Assembly (NCBI RefSeq): GCF_963853765.1
Contig: NC_088856.1
Coordinates: 6,262,001 to 6,326,000 of the forward strand
Length of the DNA: 64,000 nt
Source: Magallana gigas
Lineage: Eukaryota
Direction: 5' to 3'
Under the pieces are notes generated by a model that searched no databases, was not told where the DNA came from, and saw only the letters and a list, made by a program, of their open reading frames with translations. The translations under genes and the position numbers were made by a program. Positions 27,001 to 41,813 of the stretch are shown here, piece after piece (within the stretch, counting starts at the first letter, position 1; each line of letters opens with the position of its first letter).

Positions 27001-30000
27001 ACAACACCGGTTATGCGGAAAAGCTTGTCCCTGGATGAAAGAAAGCTAAAAAAGACAATTAACCCATCATTAAATTCTGTACGTATTATAAAACAGTTTT
27101 ATACCACTATCGTTAATTGAAGCCCCTCTCCTGTTTACCTATAAAGTTAAAGCTTGAACCGTCAGGAGTCAAATTATCGTGATCGTAAAACCAAGTATTC
27201 AGGTTATTAATTCACTACGATCAATTATACGGGTAACTGCATTTTTATGTTTACTTTAATAAAAACCTAAGAAGTGGAGAATAAAATCTGTAAATATAAG
27301 CGTACAATTGATTTTGCTAATCAAGCGATGGATGGCTGGGGTTAAATTCGTGTCAGATTTGGTCCGTTCGTTAGCGCTTTTAGAACGGGTGTCAGGTCGA
27401 TGAATGTCATTTGAGATCTTTACATACCTCTTGTAGGCAGACAATCGAACTTGTCTGGCTTCAGACCTCTCCGGACAGATTTGGCGGGAACGAGCCAGAC
27501 TGTCCGCAGACGACATTCTCAAGCTTTTGAACAACGCTCGGGATCGGATGTGCCGCCATGGGAACGAAGAGGTGAGTTATTTTTGTTATTTCACCCCTTT
27601 TATCTTTTTTTGGATAAAAGCAAGAATTTGTGTCACACAATTAATTAGTGGCGACCTTTAATGAGTGGCGACCATTTTATATTGCATTAGTGAAAACCCC
27701 TTGCAGAGGAAAATACACTTTTGAGTCGCAACATACGCGAGCGAAGCAACCATAAAGTTTTGCCAAAGCACAGCTATTTTAGGTTTAAAATGGTTAATAA
27801 TTCGTAGAAAGGTTAAAAAAATACTTCTAAAGATAAATTTGTATCATGGTTATTGATTAGAATTTCTTGAAACCAATCTAACGTTTATTTAAGAATTTTA
27901 ATAATCTTCTTAGATATCATAGATAGTGGACAGATTTCAATTAAAGAAATGCGTATTTCGCATCCATAAACCTATTGAACAAACTTAACTAGAACACGCT
28001 TAAAAAAGATTAATAAAAAGAACAAGTATTGAGGACATTTAATTAAAGGTTGCGAGAGTTGTCTGCCTTTGGGCAGGATCTACTCAATGAAATGACACGT
28101 TTATTTGAGTTTTGAATTTGCAATTTCGTTTGGCAATTAAGTAAACATAAAATGCTTAGCAAGCATATTTTTTGTGAAAAAAAGGTCACTGTCGGAAACA
28201 TTGGATGGCCTTGACTAAGTCAGTAAGGGCGAAATCATTTTCTTTTCCAAAAAGAGCATTTTATTCAAAAACTTGGTAATAGTGGTGAAAAAGATGCAAC
28301 ATGTTTAAGCAGTGATGGTGAGAGATGATTTCGAACAATTAACTTAAGACATTTCAAGCTTGCAAAGTGTACACCCTTGCCTAAAAAGAAGAATTACTTG
28401 TTTAAATTCTTCATAAAAATATACAAAATTAAAAAAGAAAAACAAAGGCAGAAATACCTGTGCATCGTATGAGCTACTTTAGCTTGCTACTACATACATG
28501 TACATGTATGATCAATCATGTTGCTGTATGAAACATCTCCATTCTGTACTGTAAGTTTTAAATGATAGATTGAACTTTCAAGTTCGCCCCTCTTTAAAAT
28601 CTCCCCAAAAACCATGTTTCTCTTAAACCTGTTTGTCTAGGACTTAAGGACATGCATTGATGCCCTAACGCCTTCAAAAACCGCAGTCTAATAATTGGTC
28701 TGACTTTAGTATACCCGCAATAACAGATGTGACATGTCCCGAAAAGTGCAAATCATGTAGGCCTTAAGCTGTTCAACAAATAAGATTGATACATGTTTAA
28801 TATGAAAGGGCCTTGTCATTCATACCTATTGAACAAAAAATATTGATATGGCCCTGTCCCGAATTAATAAATTATATTGCAATATTTGCACTATAAAGAA
28901 TCAAATCTCGGTCAAAGTCGTTGATAGACACGCTTTTAAAAATTAAAATCGCGTAGTCGTATTGGGGAGTAAATCTTATGGCGGTGTTATATTTCTACCA
29001 CCGTGGCCGCTCGGATTTCCTGAGACAATGCTTACGCAACGTGCGTGAATCATGCTGGGACCCAAAACGTAAGTGTTGCGTCACGAAATCGGTTTTGGGC
29101 TTCCAGCAATGTATGAAAAATGAATGGAGAAAATGTCGCAGACGACACGCGACGTAGCGGAATGTCATTGAGATCAAATGGGTCTTACTCGATAGTCGAG
29201 ATAGATCAATAATTACTGAGATGGAGAATCAGATAGCCAGAAGCAACACAAAGGAAAGAAAGTCGGTACTCTTGCTCTTTGCCCAAGAAAAAGTGCACCG
29301 CAATGGTTATTTTAAACTAAAATCCAATTTTATCATTTCGAGGGATCAGGGAAACTTTTAAACTGGGCAAAAATACAATTGACTGAGTTATTTTGCCAAA
29401 TCATTTACACGATAGCACCTGCAATAATTTACTGGTTGTGGCATTGGGTTGAGAAGGTTATATAGGCGAAATCTTAAAGATGACTATCTTTCAGGATAAA
29501 TAGGTACAAAGCAATTTTAAGTCCTAGCAAGCAGACAGTCCAAAGTGGCCGTGTGTGTTACATATAACTTGCGGTTTCTTCTGCAATTGTCATAAGACTC
29601 ACTAATTTGAATCTTTGTAGCTTTTGGTTACTTCTGCGATTGTTGTAAGACAAATATTTTGAACCATTCAGCCGGTTTTGTGCAATCATATGGCCGAGTA
29701 CTTTTTGTAACAAAAAAAAGAAAGAAAAAGGCGCACTTTAATGTCAAAATATAAATATTTCTTTTAACGGGACACTAACTAGAACGAAATTCAAAACCGT
29801 CGAGGCATCGACCCGCTTTAGCGACAATTACTCTCTGACGCAAAAAGCAAGAAAAGGCAAAAGTATGCCCATAACCACCCCATAAAAAACAGAACTATTG
29901 CGATCAATGTGAGGGGTTATAAAGCATTGTTCTGAATGGAGCTTAGTGAACGTGGCGGGGGATGTTTTTAGATGATAGATTTTGTGATAAGCGGCACGTC

Positions 30001-33000
30001 ATTCTTACAGCACATCCAGAAACCTATAGTCAGACTAGTCCATTGTTACCGGCTCACATCAATGTACTGTACAACCATTAACCCGATAGTGACTCCTTAC
30101 AAACAACAAGGCTTTATTCCCCGTTAATATATAACTGTCGATAGGCTTTATAGATATTGCTAATTAAATAATATCGGATGACAATCGCGTACAAAAGAGA
30201 AAATCACCATCAAATACCGGTTTTAGGAAATACATGTATTAACCCACTAAATTTTGATTTTTTTTATGGTATAGACGCAAGATTGTTTTGTCGAGTTGCG
30301 ATAAGGAGTTACGGTTCTTGGAAGGATTTCGAAACACTTGTCAAGCAAGTTTCCCAATAAAACAAGATTGTAAGGAGTTCGTTCTGGTAATCTTGAGGTT
30401 AATTGCACAATTGATTATCTTTTCAATACAGTAAGTCATTGTGCTGATCTCTCCAGCGCCGATTTAATACTTAAAAGCACTTACAGTATCATTAGCACGG
30501 GTCTCAGATAGGGAACGTTATCAGAGAAGCAAACAAATGGACGACACTTACTGAAGTACCCCCAAACAGACAGGTGACTGAGGGTCACCTGGCGCTACGT
30601 CATCATAGGACAGGTACACAAAGTAAACATTATTATACCTGTATATTAAATATTAATCGTGTTTTATATTTTTTGGTCTTATGTCTGAACCCGTCGATTG
30701 TTTTACGAACCTTGTGTACCGGCTTTGATCACATAGGGTCTGGAAACAAATTGCACATCAAGCATATTTGTTTATACCCTGGTCATCCACTTAATCGTCA
30801 ATTGTTTTACATTTGCGAAAGCGTCAATGGCACCAATGTCTGGCTCAGTCTATCAATGAAAAGTTGTGTTCTCCCCCCACTAAACTAAACTTAATCCAGG
30901 CCATATTGGTTTTCGATTTCCGCGGGTATTAAGAGAGAGGGCTTGATTGTGAGATCAATGGTATAAAACGTTACCGCAAAGACTCTCAGCTTGCCTTTTA
31001 TCTTTTATTTATCAAATATGAAAATATGATTGATAAACAAAGCAAAGGTCTTGGGAAAAATTGCTTTACATTGAAGCTTGAACCTCGATGTTTTCAATAC
31101 ATGCAAATGACAAATATTTAACTCCAATTTCATTATTAATTTTTGCAGAACTCGGATAAACCGAAAACAAGTCAAGAGAAGACACGGCCTCATTCTGACG
31201 GCACAACTAACAATGTGAGTGTTGGTTTGAAAAAACCCATTGGTATCTAAATGTGCAACTTGTATACCATTGTAAATAGTATATCAGTTGAATGTATCCA
31301 GTGTAGCATTGTTTAATACCTTGGTCTGTGGTACATGTATGAACATTTTGTGTAAACTTTTTCAGTCATAGGTTGATAGATACTACATGTAGTAAGCTAT
31401 GTGTGTTGTAAGACGAAATACTGCAGAACTTGACGTATTGCATTTGAAAGCTTACGTCTCTTGAAAAACCGAGGTGTATGGTGTACACGTAGTAAGGGGC
31501 ACCTCTATCTTACTTGTACATTATTTACTGATACCCGAGTCTCAGGGCTTTACTGTCCCTCCCCCGCCCACCTCACCCAGAGACATAGGTTGATCGGTCA
31601 GCTGTGTGTTGTCAGAGGTAGATTTGGTTTTTTTTAGGTACTTATACATATACTACTGAGTCGCTTACATACTTAAGGATTTATTAAAGACCAATTTTTG
31701 CTCAGTTCACCATACTGCTGATCATTCAAATATACAGAAAAATTAATATGATCAAATCATTTCCATACACTGTTACTACCAAGTGTTCTCAGGACTTAAG
31801 AACAATATACTGCATGAGTAACACAAAGCCATCACTGATATCAACAATGTCCGCAAAGATTAATGAAAGACATAAAGTTTTTAATGAGTATCAGTCCTGT
31901 TTATATTGGGGTTTAAGCGATCTTAATATTTCAGTTTAATCTTTTCAATACATATCGTTTAGATATTTTATTGTATGAAAGCCCAAGGTCAGCAAGTTTT
32001 TTTTCAGTATTGGGTAAATAGTCTGGCAAAAATCCCTGACATTGACCTTAGTATATAAGCTTGGTACATGTACCATTTACACTAAATACAGAATAAAGTC
32101 ATGCATTATATACATGATTTAAAGTCAGAACTGAAAAAAGTTACATTGAAACGTCTTTTAAGACAGTGTTGAAAATGTAACAGACAACGCAGCATTATAA
32201 TGAAATTGTCCGAGAAAACAGAATATATTGCTATTGAGGACAGAAATTTAGGACACACAGGGAAATTTATGTTTTAAGATACACGGGGGGAGAAGGGTCT
32301 CTTTAAATCGCGTAGGAGAAAATATAAAAACACTTTCGAAACCAGAGAGGTATTGCACGAAGACACTCGTTACATCACAACAATTAAACTATAAATAAAA
32401 TACTTCTGTTTTGGAAACATGCGGAATAGGTTTGGAAATCGATATTCGAAATTTTAAACTACTGTTCCCTCTTGAAATGATGAGATTATGTAATGGAATA
32501 AAAGTGATTTGCTAGGATTTATAAGAGGTGTTCAAAGACAAGGAATATTTCATACTCGACATCAGAATGCCCCTGCTAAGTTTTATCTCGTTCGTTTCGA
32601 CTTTGTTTTGTAAACAAATGTCTCTTGGTCAAGTTGTACGGTCCAAACTTGGAGATTTGTACGTCATTGATGTCTGGAAATCTTGAACACTGGGATATTG
32701 TTCAGGTCGTAGCACCAAAAACAAACGGCTTGTTAATGTGCACAATCTATAGCAATCAATCAAAACTAACATATACTGAATGTTAAAAATGGGCAGAATT
32801 CGAGAATGGTTTTAACAATTTTCCATTAATTCTATTTGTGTGGTACCATAGAGACAAATACATGTAGTCATATATTATTTTTTCTGTACGTTCTATTTTG
32901 GCTACTGACCTTATTTTCACCGCAAAAGTTGATCAACATATTTTTTCTGTAAGGTAGTGCTGTTATGTCTTTATCCCGTTTAAATTAAACTTTGATCCCT

Positions 33001-36000
33001 TTTAAAGCGATTTTTGAACAAAAGATTGTATTCATCTCAAGTAAATCTACCTACAATAAGATAATAAAGTTCAATTTAGGAAGTACTTTATGAAAATCGT
33101 ATAATCTTGCATCGATAATACCAATTCAATTAGAATTGAGTACACGTTGACAAATTCTTTTTGACAATCGTCCCCTCTTCATATGTACAGGGATATTCAT
33201 TTATAGTTCTAAGCAAAGTTTAAATTTAAATTCTAATTTTTCACTATAAGAAAATATGAAATTTAAAACAACGTATTTGTAATAAAAGTCGAAACTCAAA
33301 CGATGCACTCAATATAATGAACTTATTGCAAGTTACAATACTTGGTTGACTTGGTTGACAACGGTATAGTACGTTTGTTATCGACCTCATTAGTACCGTA
33401 ACCACAAACGATGCTTGAAGATGATAAAAAGATGCAAACTTTGGCTAAAATCTCGATAACGGTGTTGAATAAATCTTGAGAGGAAAGATAAAGTACTGCT
33501 TGATAGAGGTACTAATGTCCTCATCTGGAAAATACTCAAGTGCTTCCTTGGACCTAACTACACAGGCAGACCATCGTCTGTCAAACGATTGGCTATGTGA
33601 ATTCTGAATTACAGCTTTAATAGTAATATATTGTTAAGGCCAATTCATCAGACTCGACTCTAGATAAAATGTCCATAGAATTCTCTGGAAAAAATTATGT
33701 TTTATGTTCATAACGAGCTGTTATGGCTATCTGCATTAATAAAGCGTTCCGATACACATTTTTTTTCGGGGGGGGGGGCGGCGGCGGCGGCATTCGTATA
33801 TACAAAGGAGAGTGCTGCATCATCATTTTTTGATTCATTTAGTTCATGAATACTTTAACCCGTAATTACATGTACCTCTGAAATCCTGACAAACCAAATG
33901 ACTTCAATTAATCAGAATCACGGGGTTCTTACGCTACATGGAATTGCAAAGAAAATTCCTACAAATTAAACTGTTAGGTGTTAATATTTTATCGTTTTTG
34001 TCCGTCTTTTATACAAGTGTAGTACTTGTAGATATATGTACTTGCCAGAAATGATATGCGTGTTGCAAGTTTGATATTTTGCGAAATGAACTTCTATGTT
34101 TTAAAAATCCATTAAGTGTCAAATCTATATTGGTAGTTTACTGGCCTAGTAATCAAATCTAGACCCTCTATAAAAATACACGCTTAATCAATATTGATAT
34201 TCTGACCAGTCAAAAGTTGTACGATCTGTCACGCTTAACGCACGAGGTGGCAGAACATCATTTTTATGAAATGAGAGCTACTAAATAGGTGTTTTAATGT
34301 ACGTAAATACGTAGGTACTTTTTTAATGTATTTTTTTAACGTATGTTCAAGTCTTAGAGAAGTGATTCCCTTCATGCTAAGTTTTATTTACCGACATCTG
34401 GATAATGCCGGAGTTCTCATGTCAGACATGCAGTGATTATCAAAATAGCCGGCAGACTGTTGACAAAAAGGCTCAAGCACTGCTACTTATTGGAGTAAAA
34501 AAAGAATTCAAAGTGAAGAATTAGAATGGAGTATATTTATATGTATACAGAAATCAAAATGTCACTGGTTTGAAGTGGTCCGGTCTCTCAGGGGTCAACT
34601 GTAATTTATGCTTCGTCACAAGTCTGGTGCATGTTGCAAGCAAAAGCTGAGAGAGGGAATCTTGGAGGTCAAATTATTTACCCTATCTTGATTTATGCAT
34701 GTGTCTCTACCTTATTCATATACTAGTATATACCTCTTCTGAGGGAAACAAATCGATTTTTTTTAAATTTCCATAACTGTGCCAGTAGTGCGTGTTAAGT
34801 TATCTTGCTTAAAAATATGGATTCTTAAATTTTGTTGATTATTTTTTCCTTTTAATTATTTCATATACCCATTGTTAGATTTGTCTCAATGTCTCAATAA
34901 TCCCATGCATCGCATATTCAAAGTAAATATTCAAAATGGATACAGTTTGCCCAATGTAAACGTGACTGAGTTCATACATGTCATGCCCCTTATTTCAAGT
35001 TTGCATTTCGCCAAATGATTGCTTTTAATGTGTAGAAATTAAACAATGCCGAACTTTATTCATGTCATATAGAAACCGGTAATCGATTTTACCCGGTAGA
35101 TTACTACGCTTGATTGATAAGTTAAATTAAAATCGGTTTTTCCTTCAAAATATAAAAGATCATATCATTTTTTATTTCATTGAAAAGGGGACCAACGAAA
35201 ATGTCTTTTGTAATAAAGAATTTGCGGGACTGGAATACTTGCTTAGCGGTCATTTTTCTGAAGGACCCTTCAACAGACAATGAGGGCTCTTAAAGCCTTC
35301 CTGCCGTGTGACTTTGATTTTTGAAACTAAATTCCAAGTTCGTTTACATAATACTGTTTGCACAACCTTTCATTTGGTCTAGTAGCTGGAGAGAAAACCC
35401 CCTTCATTGTTTAGGGCCACCAAATGCCCCTGTAGTGGCAGGGCGTAGATTACTCAAAATATGGTCATCTATTCGCATTGTTAACCCCCAAACCGAGTCT
35501 TACTGAGGAATGCTTATGAAACAGTTGATCAGATCACACAGTGGGTGTACGCTTTAATTCTCATCGATGTTTAATACACATCTTGGCCCGGCTTAGCGAC
35601 TTAATCCACTAATATTGAGGAAAACCCACGCGAGGCCCTCCTGCTAGCTGGGTAGTAGCGCAAAAATGGTGACAACAGCTAGAGTCATGCAAAGTTTTGC
35701 CGAGATTCAGCCCTCGTTTATCGTGTATTTTGTTGTTAATCGTCTTAATGGCTTGCTCATAAGTAGACTTCGTTTAATTTGCCGGGAAAGAATTAAATCG
35801 CAGGTGTATATTGTCGGATCGAAACGGCTTATTTTGACTGGAACTGCCAAGAACGATCAAACAGGACAGTTATCTCCTACGTGTATCTTTTATAATAAAA
35901 CTGAAGTAGAAATCAATAATCGTTGATTTTTAAATGACTCCACTCGTTAAATTTAATTTCAAATTGATTTTTATTAAAAGTTTTAAAAGAAGGGTATTAT

Positions 36001-39000
36001 AACGTTAAAACGCTATTACTTTGATAAAACCCATAAGGCTTATCAGCGGCAAGAGATGGCGACACCTCTACATTAACCGAATTTCTTCGGGACAAATTGA
36101 ATGCATTTTTAGATCACTTATTTTTTTCTCCAAATGTTCAGTTATCAAAATTCAATTTAGATTACATATTTTAAAAAACGTATAACGTTAACTGTATGTA
36201 TTTATCACCATACATAATATCACTTACGTATTATTTGGAAATTTAAAATTGTTTCATAAGCAGTTTGTATGATTTAGTTATTCATGTATGGAGACGCTAT
36301 GAACCCTATTAAACTATTTGGAATTATAAAATATTTTATTACACGATAAAAAAAAAAGTTAGACACAAATTGCTCCAGTTTGTTGCAAAGCTGAAATCGT
36401 CAGCGGCCATCCTACGCTACACGTATTATTTATGAATATCGATCAAAAGTATGATATATGTTTTTTGTAAGAATGTAACATAATATGGGCCATATATCCT
36501 AAAAACATCACAGGGTTTCGTCCATCTTTAATTCAGCAGCAGAATCAGAGATCCGAGTCCGTGATGATTCGGTTCAGTGGTCACAGTTCAGTGCGTTTTG
36601 ACTTGTGCGATGTTCTTTGATCAAGGCATTGGGGTTAGGCTGTGGTCTGGCCAGAAGAACACGAGAGACCGCCATTAATTTGTGTATTGAATGTGAGAGT
36701 TGTACACGTGCCTTCTCTACATCTTTTGAATAATTATTGCGCAATGCGTTCACATGCAACTTAAAAAAAATGATTGGTTATGAAGCGGGGGAAGTGATGA
36801 GATCGGAGGAAATTGCAAACACCAGTCCCACTGCTACCGTTTATAAAAAAAATCTTCTTGCATTGAATAAATATCATCGACAATTAAAAAATAACCCCCT
36901 TTTACTTAAAATTCTCGTTTAATTAGTCGAGTTTCTGCAATACAAGAATAAATTTCACGACTTGCAACTAATTTGATTTTCATCGCATTATAGAAACATG
37001 AAAGGGACGTACAACGCAAATTATTTCAATTTATCCTGTGTTATTTTCTCCATTTTGAAAAGAAATGGCCTTTATTGCCTCATAATCTGCAAACACAAGC
37101 ACGGAATGATCCTAGGGGAGGCAAGGGGCCCTTATTGTACGACCGAAATAACAACGGTATCAAGAATGTGCTAAAATACTTGCGGTAAATCAATAGACTT
37201 AATGCTAAATGCGCTATTTGGTTATGACCTGGAACCTTTCAATTTTGCCTTCGTTTTTCCCCGGATATACCCCAATATTGACTTGTATACATTATTGAAT
37301 TTTTCAATTCTCGTAATCGTTTAGCTAAATATTTGAAGTTATATATATTCGAAGTGTTTTAAACTTAGTCATACCATTGCGGCTAAAGTCGCAAGCATCG
37401 TTTAATTCGTCTGAAAATACTACACTTTTCGTGTCTCTCTTTCAAGTAATCATTTACGTAAATACCCTGACACTTTTACTTTCTTTCTGTAAATAGCTGA
37501 AGAAATATAGTTTAGTCATCTGTTGATATTCTCTTGGGTTGTAAGGACATTGGGCATTCCGTTGGGCACTGTTTTTTGATATAAGTCACTCAGATTAAAA
37601 TATTTTTGATAAGAGAAAACAGAATATTTCTCCTAATACCTTCTGTAATTTTTTTCTCTATGATGTCCGAAAATATTCAAATATTTGCTAAATGAGAAGG
37701 TGTTGGAAAGAAAGACATCAAAGCACGGAAGGTCATGACCTCTTTGGACATTATGTATTGGTTTCTGTGTAATTGGACGGGAATATCAAAACAAATTCAC
37801 CTCATAAAAATCCTATATATAGATATATATACTTGGGATCAATCAAATAAAGTGTGGGCGTCAATTAGAAAAGTTTAGTGTTTATCAGACACCATTCTTG
37901 TACTTAACACTAAATTGCAGTAAGTAATGATACAACAGCAATCGCACCCTATAATCTTCTCGTTTAATTGACCTTATTCAGCAGTTTCATGTCTTGCTAA
38001 ATGTATCGCTGCCTTTGTTCATCTTGTTACGCCGAATGATGTGAAAATTCAAAGTTGGAAAATCCAAAAAGATCAGTTGTAAATTGTTGTGTAATACCGG
38101 AATACTCAATTCGTATGAAACACACGCACCTGATATTAATGTAATATAACTTAGAAAAATAATTGCATGTAAATAAATTTCATGAGTCGTTTTGAGCCAC
38201 AACTAATTTGAATATCCATTCTTCTGGTACCCCATCTACTTACATACATACAATGCTTTAGTGTTGACGTTCATATAACAATACTACGAGATCTTAATGT
38301 CATATTTCTGTACACTCGGCCGGTGCTCTTTGTTCCCCTCTTAAAGCGTGTCCATTAGAAAGCCCTTTGTGACACGCGCTTCTCATTCCCCTCTACATCA
38401 TATAATTGAGAGTATCTATTACACAAAGGTCCCCAAACACTCTCACATTTTAAGCCGATTTTGGCAGGTTTTCCTTGGCTAGATGAAAGAACAAGTCTAC
38501 ATGGTCAAACAATAGGAATGAAATTTTAATATATATATTAAACCAATATTTTGGATTGTTACCGCAATACACGTTTGCCCTATTGGTATTGTTTTCTTTC
38601 ACCTCTCGCTTACAAAGACCGCATTAGGTAGGGATTTACCATTGTCTGTAAAAGTCCAAAGAGAATTATTAGCTGCTTAATACCCCGTCAACGCTCCACT
38701 GAATTGCATCGAACCCTTAACATTTTATAGAACTTACGAAAGAGAATAGGGGTTTTCAGTTTAACAATGTAATTAAAAGTGTGTGCACCTACAATGCTCA
38801 GAAGTGACAGCCGGTATTCATGAAATTGTTGCAAATCAGACGGATCTTTAATTATAGATTTGCAAATGAGCTTGTGATTTTTTGGAGGAACGGAGAGTTA
38901 GATTTGTCCTTTTAACGGTTCTTGTTTATTCAGACTGAAGAGACCACATTTTTATCTACGAGATTGTGTTTATCAATCTGCTGATAATTACAATGGGGGT

Positions 39001-41743
39001 AGACTTTGTGAGCAAATTATGAAGTGAGAAACAAACGGATACACACATATGTCGCTAGCGACTTCCACTCGCAGGTGTCTTCTTATGTTATTTGGTCGTC
39101 TTTCAGGAAATATTGAGACTAGATAGGGAGTTTATTAAAGAAATACGGCAACTAATCCAGAGGAATGCCATCACACGGAAGGAGCTAGAAACCCAGATAC
39201 TAACACATATGAAGAAGACCGGGAATATCCGAGTGAAAGCCATCTCTGTTGGTCCTGCTCCTCTGAAACATACACGCAGCCTAAATGATGCTGTCGGCGA
39301 CACGCGCGCAGAGTCGTCTGCTCACAGCAACAGTAGCAGACGGAGTGAGCCGGACATGCGCAAATGGAGGGCAGATTTGGACGAGGTGAGTACAGTTAGA
39401 AAGGAGGAAGAATTGATTGAAAACAAGGGGAACCATTTGAAAGACTCTTAAATTGATAATTAAATTAGTTATGAAATCTTAGGTGACGTAAAGAACGCAG
39501 TTCCCAAAAAACTTGACAAGAAAAAAGCTGTTAAATCGGAGTTAAGACTTTAATGAGGCAGGCTTTTAGATTTGGAATTAGGTTCTTTTATTTCGGGTGA
39601 ACAAACATGTGCCTCTGCTACATGTCTGTCAAGCGCTGAATACCTAGATAGCTGCCACAGATTTTGCATGTCATTTGTTAACTTACTTCATGATTATATC
39701 CACCGATTTCCGACAGAATCACGAAGCCCCTGTCATTCTATATTGATACTTAAACAAATGTTCAATGTTTACTTAAAATTCTTTCTTATGTGAAATGCGA
39801 GCTTTATTAGCCAATTGTGTTTCATTTAAGGATTTTTTGAGGTAATGTTCCACTTAAACATTTTCTCAAAAGTGATCGTAAGTGGTGTTAAAATTCTTAT
39901 ATACGTTTCAATGAAGCATTTAATAATGGCGGAAAATCCAGCCCTAATTTCTTGTTGCACGCCTTTATGTTCAACCCGTTTTTAAAATTTAAAATAAATC
40001 GCTCTGTCCAAGTTCTCCTTGTTGTCATCAAATTGACTAAACTTAAACATGATAAATGGATGTATGGATTGATAAAAAATCCATATAATGAAGATGTGTT
40101 TAATAAAGATTCGCTATTAACTCCTTCCTGGGAGAAAGAGCACTTCATTGGGTGTTACCCAGTGTTTATATTCCTTTGTCGAGCAAATGACACACGACTT
40201 TTTATCTTCAATGGGATCAAAATTCTGGGGCAATATTGCAAAAAAATATTACATAAAGGTCCCTCGTAAATCACTGGCTAAAAAAGGTCTATTGCCTCCC
40301 CACGTCGATATTTGCCGTGCGAGACTACATCTCTACCTAGCAAAACCTCCTGCAATAAGTATTTCAAGTACTACTGTCATAAATAAGAGCAAATCTAACC
40401 CATTAAAACGTCGTCATCCTTGAATTTCGATGGACCTATAAAATATCTTACTTAAAAAAGGTTTCCCGTATCAAATATTAAATGTATATGAGCAAGAAAT
40501 TGTGTATTTGGGATGATGCACGTGAACATAGGCCATCATCTGTTAATCTTTAATCCGAAAAACGGATTATTGTCGTTACCGGATTAAGGTGTTCAGACTG
40601 CTCGCTCCACATTACCAATAGAAACGGAATACTTGACCCCTTTCCAGATCTGTTTCCACGGAACTATTTAATCGAATTAATACACACCCGGCTTTAACAT
40701 TCCTAAACTAATGCATGTATTGTTTCTTCGAAGAAGATTAAACGAAAGACGACCAAGAAAATAGACTTGTGGAAAATTTCCTTAAACTTTCCTTGATTTG
40801 GATAAACTCCAAAATAGTAAACCATAAGGTACAATCCACCGACTTATATGTATCAATTTGAAACGTAAAATATACATGTATATTGTTAAATCTACTTTGC
40901 AAAAAAATAAAAATTAAAAGAGTATACCAGCATACGATAAAAACTGAGCTATCTCGTCCATTTTTTACATTAAAACTAAATGTCCAAATATTTTTAAAAT
41001 AGTTGGCCTTACACGTGACCTCCCCCCTTTTTCTAAAATTCTCTTATATTACTGTTTATCCATAAATTGAATGCACAGTGTGTATTCTCAAATAAGGCCT
41101 TTTCTTTTAACACTATTAAAAAAGTGGAAAACAACACCTTATGGTTTTGATCTATGGATATGCCTTCACGGCGTATTGCGTTTTGGTTTTTAGTTTCAAA
41201 CGTAATTAATTACTGCTTAAGTTGCCATTCTTTAATAGGGAACAAAATCTCACTGCAAGACACATAATGTTACTAAATTCTACCCCCAGAGGTTCGCTGG
41301 AACAATAACTAGAAAGTCTATACATTTGCTCAGCCAATCTGATAGCAGAGTGGTTTAAAATAAACCCATTGTTCTGTGTTGTTTTACCCGTTTGCTTTGT
41401 ACATTGAACTTCTATGGGATCTGTTGACAAAGTGCAAATATAAACAAAGATCTATGTATCAAATTATTTTTTATTATTTTATTGTTTTTAGAATTGTCCG
41501 AGTCTAATTTGATAGAAACTACCATTTGAAAATATAGGCCATTGGCCAAATTTGGGTGGTAGTTGACCATTTCATTACATTTAAATAAGTTTATCAATGT
41601 CTGGAGGGAATATTTTTTTTTAATCAAAATGCAATAATCTCAAAGTATGTAACAGACCCTTTGTTATCCGTGTAATATGAACGGAGTCGTGCATTGAAAA
41701 GCAATCATTGCACTTACGCCTCTAACTTTACAGCTTCCTAAAC

Positions 41744-41813
<70 letters not shown>

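Noticed and set aside
35415-35445. Possible small pseudoknot (GCCAC/GTGGC with GCCC/GGGC)
   Set aside because: Stems of 4-5 bp, implausible loop geometry and no HDV-like core.
36574-36759. Antisense intronic 61-aa ORF with protein-like composition
   Set aside because: Non-ATG start, no splice partners, no motif.
39800-40430. Decayed coding-like intronic tract
   Set aside because: Multiple stops in all frames and no recognisable family.
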